Of a stretch of DNA of 64,000 nt, positions 10,049 to 18,881 are shown piece by piece; the stretch's first letter is position 1; the number at the start of each line of letters is the position of its first letter. Both the position numbers and the translations under genes were made by a program. Below the pieces are notes generated by a model that was not told the DNA's origin, did not search any database, and saw only the letters and a program-made list of their open reading frames with translations. The DNA is from Thermodesulfovibrionales bacterium (GTDB lineage: Bacteria; Nitrospirota; Thermodesulfovibrionia; Thermodesulfovibrionales; UBA6898). Location: NCBI GenBank assembly GCA_044450345.1, contig JBIOIY010000001.1, positions 1 to 64,000 of the forward strand, read 5' to 3'.

Positions 10049-11080
10049 TTCATTAATCTTTTCAAGTCTCCCCACCCTCACGCCTACAAGCCGCACCCTC
10101 TTCTTGATCTCAATCCTCCCCAGACATTCAAAGGCCGCCCTTCTTATCTCCTCCAGGGAATCAGTTGTCTCCTGAAGCGTCTTCGCCCTGGTAACGGTCT
10201 TAAAATCGCTGAACCTGACCTTTACGGTTACATTCCTTCCCCTGTAGCCGGACCTCTTTAAATCAGCCACAACTGCCTTCGTCAATTCGGCGAGATTCCT
10301 TGCGAGCTCCTGCCAATTGTCAGTGTCCCTCTGAAAGGTGGTCTCCCGGCTGGACGATTTCGGCTCCCAATGGGTTACAAGCGGACTTTCGTCGATGCCC
10401 CGCGAGGATTCATAAAGAAATCTTCCATATGAGTTGCCGAAGGTCTCGACGAGTGTTTCGAGCGGCATACCAGCGATATCGCCGATCGTGTCGATGCCCA
10501 TGTCCCTGAGATGGGCATCGGTCTTCGGACCCACGCCCCAGAGTTTTCTCGCCGACAAAGGCCATATCCGCGCTTCAATATCGTCCCCGGCAATTATCGT
10601 GAGACCGTCGGGCTTCTGCATGTCCGAAGCTATCTTGGCAATCAGTTTATTGGGGCCGATGCCTATTGAACAGGTAAGTCCCGTCTCATTGAATATCCTT
10701 TTTTTTATCTCTCCGGAGATATCCGAAGAAGACCCTTCGACATCGGAAATATCGAGAAATGCCTCATCTATCCCGACATCTTCAACAAGGGGAGTAAATT
10801 GCCTGAGGGCATTTTTTATGATCTCGGATACGCGGGAATATTCCTCATAGTCGACGGACAGGAAGACCGCGTGCGGACAGAGCTTGTAGGCGGTCCTTAA
10901 AGGCATCGCCGAGTGTATCCCGAACTTCCGCGCCTCATAGGAGGCCGTGGAAACCACTCCCCTTTGCGTGGGGTCCCCTTCGCCTCCGATCACGACCGGC
11001 CTCCCCTTTAACTCCGGATGTCTATTCTGCTCGACCGCAGCAAAAAATGCATCCATGTCGATGTGAAGTATCCGCCTCAT
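10034..11080 (-). CDS. dinB: DNA polymerase IV (Y family)
   Basis: HIDMDAFFA, STASYEARKFG, IDEAFLD, SDMQKPDG. Confidence 0.96.
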   Translation of the reverse strand: MRRILHIDMDAFFAAVEQNRHPELKGRPVVIGGEGDPTQRGVVSTASYEARKFGIHSAMPLRTAYKLCPHAVFLSVDYEEYSRVSEIIKNALRQFTPLVEDVGIDEAFLDISDVEGSSSDISGEIKKRIFNETGLTCSIGIGPNKLIAKIASDMQKPDGLTIIAGDDIEARIWPLSARKLWGVGPKTDAHLRDMGIDTIGDIAGMPLETLVETFGNSYGRFLYESSRGIDESPLVTHWEPKSSSRETTFQRDTDNWQELARNLAELTKAVVADLKRSGYRGRNVTVKVRFSDFKTVTRAKTLQETTDSLEEIRRAAFECLGRIEIKKRVRLVGVRVGRLEKINEEGRE

Positions 11081-11086
11081 CTTAAC

Positions 11087-11184
11087 TCAGCGATCCGCTA
11101 TTAGCTGTCAGCCATCCGCAAAAGACAAAAGATAACCCTCATTCTTCAAGCTGAAAGCTGAGCGCCGAATGCTGATTGCTCATA
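11087..11184. repeat. Inverted pair of degenerate 7-bp tandem arrays
   Basis: Five TCAGCnn-like units (11087-11121) and five GCTGAnn-like units (11150-11184). Confidence 0.75.
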
Positions 11185-11946
11185 TTATTTCTTCTTCGCC
11201 TCGTCCCAGAGCGCGTCCATCTCCGCCAGGGTCATATCAGAAAGGGTTTTTCCACGGTCCGCTGCCGCCATCTCGATATATCTGAAGCGTGAGATGAACT
11301 TGCTTATCGTTTTCCTCAGCGCGTCTTCCGGGTTGATGCCTACGAACCTCGCTATGTTGACGAGCACAAAAAATATATCCCCAAGTTCATCCTCTATCTC
11401 CTCTGTTCTTTGTCGTTTCAGCGCCTCCCTGAACTCGGTGAGTTCCTCGTCGAGCTTCGGAAGGACATCATCAACCCTCTCCCAGTCGAATCCGACCCGC
11501 GACGCCCTGTCCTGAAGCCTGTGGGCACGCAGCAGCGAGGGAAGCTCCTTCGGGATTCCGTCGAGGACGGATTCACGTTGTTTACCCTCCCTCTTTTTCT
11601 GTTCCTCCCAATGGACAAGCACCTCCGCAGAGGTCTTGTAATCAGCATCACCGAAGACATGAGGGTGCCGTGCGACCATCTTTTTGCCTATAGTATCGAT
11701 GACGGCAGCCATATCGAACTCTTCCCTTTCCTTGGCGATCTGACACTGAAATACTACCTGGAAAAGGAGGTCGCCAAGCTCTTCCTTGATCGCCTCCGGT
11801 TTTTTTTCATCGATCGCCTCAAGCACTTCATATGCCTCCTCAACAAGAAACGGCTTCAGGGATTCCCTCGTCTGTTCCTTGTCCCAGGGACAGCCATTTT
11901 CTCCGCGGAGTGCGGACATTATCGCTATGAGTTCATTCAGATCCAT
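11185..11946 (-). CDS. mazG: Nucleoside triphosphate pyrophosphohydrolase MazG
   Basis: GCPWDKEQT, EELGDLL, RHPHVFG and a second ELGD domain. Confidence 0.96.
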   Translation of the reverse strand: MDLNELIAIMSALRGENGCPWDKEQTRESLKPFLVEEAYEVLEAIDEKKPEAIKEELGDLLFQVVFQCQIAKEREEFDMAAVIDTIGKKMVARHPHVFGDADYKTSAEVLVHWEEQKKREGKQRESVLDGIPKELPSLLRAHRLQDRASRVGFDWERVDDVLPKLDEELTEFREALKRQRTEEIEDELGDIFFVLVNIARFVGINPEDALRKTISKFISRFRYIEMAAADRGKTLSDMTLAEMDALWDEAKKK

Positions 11947-12020
11947 AGGGATTTATGATAAGTCGGTGGATAACGATTGTCAAACAACAGGATTCTAACC
12001 GGGGTTGTTCAAGTGTGCAA

Positions 12021-12127
12021 TATGAGACTCTATTTTCGCTCATTCTCGCTACGCTCCGAGGCAATTTCTCGACCCACCTGCGGAGGGTCAAGACGAGAAA
12101 TTGAAGCCGCTCAAATACAGTCCCACA
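12021..12127 (-). repeat. Three-way-junction repeat element, copy 2
   Basis: Reverse-complement copy of the core (TCGCTCATTCTCG..CGAGGCAATTTCTCG..CGAGAAATTGAAGCCGCTC on +) with its own 15-bp closing stem. Confidence 0.9.
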
Positions 12128-12359
12128 CCACTGTAAAGGAGATACAGGCAAGGAAGTCAGAGGCGGGGAAAACAGCTCGAAAAGCCTTTGTAGCGATACC
12201 TAGCGGCATCGGAAGCCAGGCAAAAACCACTAAAAATGGATAAAATCACCCGTGAAGGCTTGGATAGACAACAAATAATGCCATGATCAAATCTTATCGC
12301 CTCTAAAGGATTTGAGGGATGCTTTCCCCGCGTTATGGAACAATAGGGTAAAATAAAAT

Positions 12360-13484
12360 ATGGCTGATTTTCTTTATATCCATATCCCCTTCTGTATAAG
12401 GAAGTGCATTTATTGCGATTTCACATCCATCCCCTACGATCCGGCGCTGGTAGAAAGATATGGCGATGCGCTCTGTGCCGAGCTTCGTCTTTATAAAAAT
12501 ATTGCAGGGGAACTTAAGACCGTCTATATCGGCGGCGGGACGCCATCTCTCATGCAGGAAGATTTTTTCGAAAAGCTCTTCTGCCGAATCGGAGATGTCT
12601 TCACTATTTCACCTTCTGCCGAGATCACCATAGAAGCCAATCCGGGTACGATAAGCAGCTCAAAGATCAAGACCCTTCTTTCCCTTGGAGTAAACAGGGT
12701 CAGCATCGGAGTGCAGTCTCTGCATGACGAAGAACTCAGGACGCTGGGGAGGGTCCATACGTCCGCGGAGGCGGAGCGATCGGTCATGACCGTGAAAGAT
12801 CAGGGATTAGACAATATCTCCCTTGATCTTATGTATGGCATCCCGGGTCAGACTCTGGAGAGCTGGGGCGATACCCTTAAGAAGACTGCAGACCTCGCCC
12901 CTTCTCATATCTCTGCTTATGAACTGACGCCTGAGGAAAAAACTCCATTATCCGGTCTATTGAAGACCGGCAAGCTCATACTACCCGACGAAGGACTTGT
13001 TCTCGAAATGTATGACTCTGTGATAGACTTTCTTTCTTTAAACGGCTACGAGCATTACGAGATATCGAATTTCGCCCGGCCCGGCCTCAAATGCCGGCAC
13101 AATATAAATTACTGGGACAGAGGGGAATATATCGCCGTAGGCGCGGGGGCGCATTCCTTTCTGCGGGGTGTTCGGGCGAAAAATACGTCCGATGTCCGGG
13201 CATATATAGAGCGTCTGGAAGGGGGAATGCCGCCGGTTATAGAATCCGGCCGGGTTACACACAAGGAAGGAATGAGAGAGTTCATGTTCCTCGGCCTGAG
13301 GAAAAGAGAAGGGATCAACCTGAAAGAATGTGAGATCGCTGAGACCGACATGGCATCTTCGGCGGGCGACCTCATTGACCGGGGATATCTGGAGATCGTG
13401 AGTGGCCGGTTGAGACTCACAAGAAATGGGATTGTACTGTCGAACTCAGTGCTCGTGAGCCTTTTCGAACAATTACACCTTTAA
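12360..13484 (+). CDS. hemW: Radical SAM heme chaperone HemW (HemN-like)
   Basis: YIHIPFCIRKCIYCDF, GGGTPS, YEISNF, HNINYW. Confidence 0.92.
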   Translation: MADFLYIHIPFCIRKCIYCDFTSIPYDPALVERYGDALCAELRLYKNIAGELKTVYIGGGTPSLMQEDFFEKLFCRIGDVFTISPSAEITIEANPGTISSSKIKTLLSLGVNRVSIGVQSLHDEELRTLGRVHTSAEAERSVMTVKDQGLDNISLDLMYGIPGQTLESWGDTLKKTADLAPSHISAYELTPEEKTPLSGLLKTGKLILPDEGLVLEMYDSVIDFLSLNGYEHYEISNFARPGLKCRHNINYWDRGEYIAVGAGAHSFLRGVRAKNTSDVRAYIERLEGGMPPVIESGRVTHKEGMREFMFLGLRKREGINLKECEIAETDMASSAGDLIDRGYLEIVSGRLRLTRNGIVLSNSVLVSLFEQLHL

Positions 13485-13511
13485 CAGGCCGGGCGGTTAT
13501 CTGAGAAAAAC

Positions 13512-14063
13512 TTACGCGCTGCCGCTCGAACAGAAGAACCTCTCGAAATCCACCCCTATCAGGGCCGCAGCTTCCTTCCACCGGTCTGCAGACGGCATTT
13601 CGAAAACAATGTCAAAATTAAGGGGGGCCACGAGCCAGCCCTCCATCATCAACTCTTCCTCGAGCTGGTTAGGGGCCCAGCCGGAAAAGCCGAGCGCAAG
13701 CATATAGCGTTCAGGACCCCTTCCTTTTGCTATATCATGCAATATATCTTTGGAGGCGGTGACTGCAAGGGACTCCGTGATCTTGATAGCCCCATATTTT
13801 CCGTCAAAGGGGGAATAAATGACATATCCCTGCTCAGGCCTGACTGGGCCGCCATAGTATATGGGAATGTCCACACAAGTCTTTTTGATTTCAAAGGCGG
13901 GAAGGAGCGGCTTAAAGCTGTTCATAAGTATCTTGTTGATAATAAGCCCAAACGCCCCTTCTTTTGTGTGCTCGCACATGAGGACCACCGCCCGTTTGAA
14001 ATTAGGGTCTTCCATCCGGGGGACGGCGATAAGAAAATTTCCTGAGAGGTCCGTTATGTCCAT
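13512..14063 (-). CDS. YqgE/AlgH (DUF179) family protein
   Basis: LIA.P...DPNF.R.VV..CEH...GA.GLIINK, GGPV, G.SGW...QLE.E; ATG at 14063 preferred over TTG 14078. Confidence 0.93.
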   Translation of the reverse strand: MDITDLSGNFLIAVPRMEDPNFKRAVVLMCEHTKEGAFGLIINKILMNSFKPLLPAFEIKKTCVDIPIYYGGPVRPEQGYVIYSPFDGKYGAIKITESLAVTASKDILHDIAKGRGPERYMLALGFSGWAPNQLEEELMMEGWLVAPLNFDIVFEMPSADRWKEAAALIGVDFERFFCSSGSA

Positions 14064-14186
14064 GCCGCATCCGTACAATTACTATACCACAGAATTTTTG
14101 CAAACATATCCTGCCTATGCGCTTCCTGCTGCTTTTCATCTCACGCAACGAGATGTTACAATAACCGAAAAGTTGAGGAGAACGCT

Positions 14187-14900
14187 ATGCTTCCTTTTTT
14201 CCTTCAGGCCAAAACCATATCCGATGCATGGTTTCAACTTATTTACAACATATTCGACAATTCTTACGAACAAAAGATACAAAAAGGCTCCTTCGAAAAG
14301 GAGCAGTACCGCCTCCAGTATCCCGGCATCGCCGTGTTTATCGAACATCCGGACGAAGACATGGTCCCCGTAATGCCTCCCGGCTCGACAATCCCGGCGC
14401 CTACGACAAAAGAGTATATAGAAGATTATTTCGCCAATTATTTGATGGACCCCCAGCTCGCTGAAAACGAGACATACAAATATGCAAGCCGGATACATTA
14501 TCCGATGCCGAAGGGGGGAACGCAGCTGGAACGGGTGATGCAGATGCTCAAGGAGACCCCTCTTACGAACCAGGCGATAGTCGAGATCGGTTCACCGGAA
14601 GACCATGACGTATGCATTGGGAACGACGGCAAACTCGATCCGCCCTGCCTCCGTCTGCTCGATTTCAAGGCTGTCCCTTCCGGCGATTATCTTGCGCTTA
14701 CAGTCACATGCTACTTCCGTTCGTGGGACCTATGGGCGGGCTTTCCGACGAACCTCGGTGGGATCGAATTGCTTAAAGCCTACGTAGCAGGTGAAACGGG
14801 GTTGAAAAACGGCCCGATGTTCGTCTACAGCGCAGGCGCGCATATCTACGGATATCACGAAGAGATCGCAAGATTAAGGACATTAAAGCCAAAAAAGTAG
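14187..14900 (+). CDS. thyA: Short thymidylate synthase (ThyA-fold, archaeal-like subtype)
   Basis: DPPCLR catalytic Cys, YFRSWD, GFPTN, AHIY; RBS GAGGAG. Confidence 0.82.
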   Translation: MLPFFLQAKTISDAWFQLIYNIFDNSYEQKIQKGSFEKEQYRLQYPGIAVFIEHPDEDMVPVMPPGSTIPAPTTKEYIEDYFANYLMDPQLAENETYKYASRIHYPMPKGGTQLERVMQMLKETPLTNQAIVEIGSPEDHDVCIGNDGKLDPPCLRLLDFKAVPSGDYLALTVTCYFRSWDLWAGFPTNLGGIELLKAYVAGETGLKNGPMFVYSAGAHIYGYHEEIARLRTLKPKK

Positions 14901-15000
14901 GGGCGACCCGGTGGGTCGCCCTGTTTTTGAAGAAAGATTCCAGACAAGCCGGAATGACGGGCTACAAATTAAAAGAAGGCACGGCGCGCCGTGCCCCTAC
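14897..15000. repeat. Cluster of REP-like palindromes between convergent thyA and ileS; probable bidirectional terminator
   Basis: GTAG-GGGCGACCC-GGT-GGGTCGCCC (14897-14921, +); CGTCATTCCGG..CTGGAATC type (14936-14959, -); GTAG-G-GGCACGGC-GC-GCCGTGCC (14978-15000, -). Confidence 0.82.
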
Positions 15001-17825
15001 CCTTTCACTACCGGATAGCACCGTTCGCAGAGTTCGGGCTCGTCGGTAAAACTGCCCACCTTTGTGGACCAGTTCCAGCACCTCTGGCATTTTTCTCCCG
15101 GCGCCCTTTCGACTAAAACCTGCATGCCTTCGATATTTGCGCTTTCATAGGCCCCCGGTAATTTCTCTGCGCTGATCTCCGAAGCGGAAACGAGAAGCAA
15201 CGCAGGGAAAAAATCCAGGTAGGAAGAGACCAGGTCCCTGTATTTTTCAGGCAGATATATCTTCACCTTCGCCTCGAGCGGGTTGCCTATGAACTTCTCG
15301 GCCCTCTTGATCTCGAGCGCCTTGTTGATCTCGTTTCGAATATCGAGAAGGTCTTTCCATTTTTCTTCCAGCTCGTTGTCCAGGAATTCCTCTCTTACGA
15401 CCGGGAAATTGGAAAGAAATACCGACTCTCCACCCCGTAGGGGCGGGATCACCCCTTTTTGTACGGGCGGGGTCACCCCGCCCCTACTGATATATCCCCA
15501 GACCTCTTCGGCGGTAAAGGAAAGGACAGGGGCCATGATTCCCGTCAGCGTCGAGAGTATCTCTGACAGGACCCACTGGCTGGCCCTCCTTTCGGTCGAG
15601 TCTGTCTTTGCGGTATAGAGCCGGTCTTTCAGCACATCGAGATAGAAGGAACTCATGTCCACAACGCAGAAATTATGTAGCGAATGGAATACCTCGTGAA
15701 AATCAAAATTCTCATACGCACGGGTCACTCTCCCCACGAGGTTCTGAAGCCTGCTCATCGCCCATCTGTCGATCTCCTGAAGGTTGCCGCTATAATCCTG
15801 ATGATCGAAATCATGGAGGTTCCCGAGAAGGAACCTGCAGGTGTTCCGGATCTTCCTGTACGCCTCTGTCAGTCTGTTCAGTATCTCCTTCGAAATCCTG
15901 ATATCGTCTTTGTAGTCCTCCGCGGACACCCAGATGCGCAGGATCTCGGCGCCGAAGCCCTTGATGATCTCCTGGGGTGCGATGACGTTACCGAGGGACT
16001 TAGACATCTTCTTGCCGGCGCCATCGACGACAAACCCGTGTGTAAGGACGGTACGGTAGGGCGCACTGCCCCGGGCACCGACAGAAGTGAGCAGGGAACT
16101 CTGAAACCATCCCCTGTGCTGGTCGCTCCCTTCAAGGTACATATCGGCAGGCCAGGAGAGCCGTTCGTCCCTCTCAACCACGGCCGCATGGCTCACGCCG
16201 GAGTCGAACCATACGTCGAGGATGTCCATCTCCTTCGTGAAATCTTTCCCGCCGCATTTATTGCACGCATATCCCTTCGGCAGGAATTCCGCCGCATCTT
16301 TTATGAACCACACATCCGAACCGTGTTTTTCGATAAGGGAGGTGATACCGTCGAGGACGTCTTCGTCTTCGACAAAGCCGCCGCAGCCTGCGCAGCGTAT
16401 CATAGTGATCGGCACGCCCCAGCTCCGCTGCCTCGAAATACACCAATCCGGCCTGCTGAGCAACATCCCGTAAATCCTCTCCCTGCCCCACTTGGGAACC
16501 CATGCCACTTTGTCTATTTCATCGAGACATCTCTTACGGAGATCATTAAACTCGACCGAAATGAACCACTGCTCCGTGGCGCGGAATATGACCGCCTTCT
16601 TGCACCTCCAGCAGTGCGGGTATGAATGGGTGATCTTCTCTTCCCCTATGAGTGCGTTCCTGTTCTTCAGAGTATCTATGATCAATGCATTCGCCTTGAA
16701 AACAAACTGCCCTTCGAGGTCCCCTGCCTGCTTCGTAAACTTCCCCCTGTCATCAACAGGCGCATAGATATCGAGGCCGTATTTCAGTCCCACTTTGTAA
16801 TCGTCTTCGCCGTGGCCGGGCGCGATATGGACAACGCCAGTCCCGTCCTCGAGGGAGACAAAATCTGCCAGGACCGCCTTCGATTTTCTTGCGATGAAGG
16901 GATGGTCGGCAAGCATACCTTCGAGGTCTTTCCCGGTCACCTTCGCAAGAACCTTCGCGCCTATGCCTATCTTCTCCCTGAGCGCTTCGATCCTGCCTTC
17001 GGCGACAATGTACACCTCTTCGTCCTGGGCCACGGCAGCATACTCATAATCCGGATGAAAGGCTATCGCCAGGTTAGCCGGAAGCGTCCACGGAGTGGTG
17101 GTCCAGATAATAACAGATACTTTTTTCCCTTTCAGCGATGGAAGGTATTTGGAGAGATTGTCTTCGTCGACCCCGAACTTCACATAGACCGAGGGCGACT
17201 CCTTATCGGCATACTCAACCTCGGCCTCGGCCAGGGCAGTCACACAGGAGGGACACCAATGGACCGGTTTCTTTCCCTTGTATACGGATTTATTCCTTAC
17301 GAACTTAAAAAACTCCCTCACTATAGAGCTTTCGTAATCATACGTCATGGTGAGATAGGGTTTCTCCCAGTCACCGAATACGCCCAACCTCCTGAATTCG
17401 TCCCTCTGTATATCGACGAACTTGGCGGCATACTCCCTGCAAAGCTCTCTCTTTTCGATGATGTCTATCTTGTCCTTTTTATCCCCCAGGTTCTTGTCCA
17501 CCTGCAGTTCGATGGGAAGGCCGTGGCAGTCCCACCCCGGTACATAAGGGGCGTAAAAGCCCTTCATGGAATTGTATTTGACGATGATGTCCTTCAGTAT
17601 CTTGTTCAGGGCATGGCCCATATGGATATGGCCGTTTGCATAAGGAGGCCCGTCGTGGAGGATGTACTTTTTGTCGGATTTTTCTTTGTTGCCCTCCTGC
17701 ATCTTCCCGTATATCTTCACTTCCTCCCAATATTTCAGCATCTCGGGCTCCCTCTGAGCGAGGTTCGCCTTCATCGGAAAATCAGTCTGCGGAAGGTTCA
17801 ACGTGTCTTTATAATCTTTGGCCAT
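14997..17825 (-). CDS. ileS: Isoleucyl-tRNA synthetase (type 1)
   Basis: DGPPYANG, HMGH (HIGH), KMSKS, C-terminal CQRCW..CERC zinc finger; ATG 17825 preferred. Confidence 0.98.
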   Translation of the reverse strand: MAKDYKDTLNLPQTDFPMKANLAQREPEMLKYWEEVKIYGKMQEGNKEKSDKKYILHDGPPYANGHIHMGHALNKILKDIIVKYNSMKGFYAPYVPGWDCHGLPIELQVDKNLGDKKDKIDIIEKRELCREYAAKFVDIQRDEFRRLGVFGDWEKPYLTMTYDYESSIVREFFKFVRNKSVYKGKKPVHWCPSCVTALAEAEVEYADKESPSVYVKFGVDEDNLSKYLPSLKGKKVSVIIWTTTPWTLPANLAIAFHPDYEYAAVAQDEEVYIVAEGRIEALREKIGIGAKVLAKVTGKDLEGMLADHPFIARKSKAVLADFVSLEDGTGVVHIAPGHGEDDYKVGLKYGLDIYAPVDDRGKFTKQAGDLEGQFVFKANALIIDTLKNRNALIGEEKITHSYPHCWRCKKAVIFRATEQWFISVEFNDLRKRCLDEIDKVAWVPKWGRERIYGMLLSRPDWCISRQRSWGVPITMIRCAGCGGFVEDEDVLDGITSLIEKHGSDVWFIKDAAEFLPKGYACNKCGGKDFTKEMDILDVWFDSGVSHAAVVERDERLSWPADMYLEGSDQHRGWFQSSLLTSVGARGSAPYRTVLTHGFVVDGAGKKMSKSLGNVIAPQEIIKGFGAEILRIWVSAEDYKDDIRISKEILNRLTEAYRKIRNTCRFLLGNLHDFDHQDYSGNLQEIDRWAMSRLQNLVGRVTRAYENFDFHEVFHSLHNFCVVDMSSFYLDVLKDRLYTAKTDSTERRASQWVLSEILSTLTGIMAPVLSFTAEEVWGYISRGGVTPPVQKGVIPPLRGGESVFLSNFPVVREEFLDNELEEKWKDLLDIRNEINKALEIKRAEKFIGNPLEAKVKIYLPEKYRDLVSSYLDFFPALLLVSASEISAEKLPGAYESANIEGMQVLVERAPGEKCQRCWNWSTKVGSFTDEPELCERCYPVVKG
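15437..15487. repeat. REP-like palindromic insertion inside ileS coding sequence
   Basis: GTAGGGGCGGGATCACCCC-TTTTT-GTACGGGCGGGGTCACCCCGCCCCTAC, 51 nt, reading frame preserved. Confidence 0.8.
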
Positions 17826-17877
17826 AACGTACAAATTACCACTATGAAAGAATCGATGTCAAGTTAACCAAAAAAAT

Positions 17878-17989
17878 GTGCATATGAAGGAGGGAACCAT
17901 CTTTTCGCTCATTCTCGCTCTGCTCCGAGGCAATTTCTCGAAGATACGAGAAATTGAAGCCGCTCAAAGACGGTCCCCTCCTTATGCAC
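17878..17989 (-). repeat. Three-way-junction repeat element, copy 3
   Basis: Same core with both arms in short form; closing stem GTGCATATGAAGGAGGGAACCATCTTT/AAAGACGGTCCCCTCCTTATGCAC. Confidence 0.9.
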
Positions 17990-18197
17990 GATCCATTGCT
18001 TTTTTTTTGCTCTAAGACAGATGCGAAGATATGCGGAAAAAAACTTTATCTGCGCCACCTTTGTAAGAGCATTGTTACTGATAAAGGCAGATCCTTTAAG
18101 TAAAAGGGCAGATTACCTAAACATGCAAATTGCGACATTATAAAGTTTTTTGGAGCATGTCTTTGCATCAGCCGCATTCTTATTAAGACTTGGACTC

Positions 18198-18878
18198 CTA
18201 TTTCAGCTTCCCGATGAATGCGGCCTGTCTCCCGGTGGAACCCATAGCGTAGCGGTAGGAATAGAATTTATCGGGATTGCAGTAAGTGCATTCATCCGAA
18301 ACCCATATGTTCGGTTCTGGAATTCCGAGAGACAATGCCTGATATTTATTAGCGGAAGAAAGATCGAGAAGATATTTCTCGCCTTTCTTCGAATAATAAT
18401 TGCCCTCACCCGTCGCCCTTTTTACTGCATCGTTGACCTCGTGATCAACAGAGTAGCTGCAGCCCTTTATACTCGGGCCAACGGCAACTTGAAAGCCATC
18501 CGGGCCGCAGACATATCTCTCCATGATCATCAAGAGCACTTTCTTCAGGATGCCGGCTGCGGTCCCCCTCCATCCGGCATGCACCGCACTGATAATCCCC
18601 TTTTCTGCTTGATAAATCAGGACAGGCACACAGTCGGCCACCTGGACCCCGATCAATACGCCGGCTTCTTTTGTAACAACGGCGTCGGCGATCCTCGCCT
18701 CCCGCGAGGACTCGAGAAAGACGATCTTATCGGTATGTTTTTGGACGGGCAGATAGATACTCTCTTTCTTGATCCCGATTATTCCGGCCACCTCACCCAG
18801 GTCAGCCCCCGGGTCTTTGCCCGTAAAAAATGCCGTAACTCCGCCCTTAAATATCCCAGGGAATATAAGTCTGCGCAA
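18198..18878 (-). CDS. pgeF: PgeF/YfiH family purine nucleoside phosphorylase (laccase-domain protein)
   Basis: QKH, ADAVVT, VADCVPV, AVHAGWRG, GPSI, CT..YSYR..TGRQ. Confidence 0.93.
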   Translation of the reverse strand: MRRLIFPGIFKGGVTAFFTGKDPGADLGEVAGIIGIKKESIYLPVQKHTDKIVFLESSREARIADAVVTKEAGVLIGVQVADCVPVLIYQAEKGIISAVHAGWRGTAAGILKKVLLMIMERYVCGPDGFQVAVGPSIKGCSYSVDHEVNDAVKRATGEGNYYSKKGEKYLLDLSSANKYQALSLGIPEPNIWVSDECTYCNPDKFYSYRYAMGSTGRQAAFIGKLK

Positions 18879-18881
18879 AAA

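Noticed and set aside
11933..12243. Short ORFs over element copies (11933-12151, 11977-12243; also 9879-10175 and 29164-29433)
   Set aside because: They are incidental translations of the repeat with no consistent start, stop or frame between copies
17840..18190. T-box riboswitch upstream of ileS
   Set aside because: No T-box consensus (AAGGTGGTACC-like) or specifier stem; the structure is the dispersed repeat, and ileS looks leaderless
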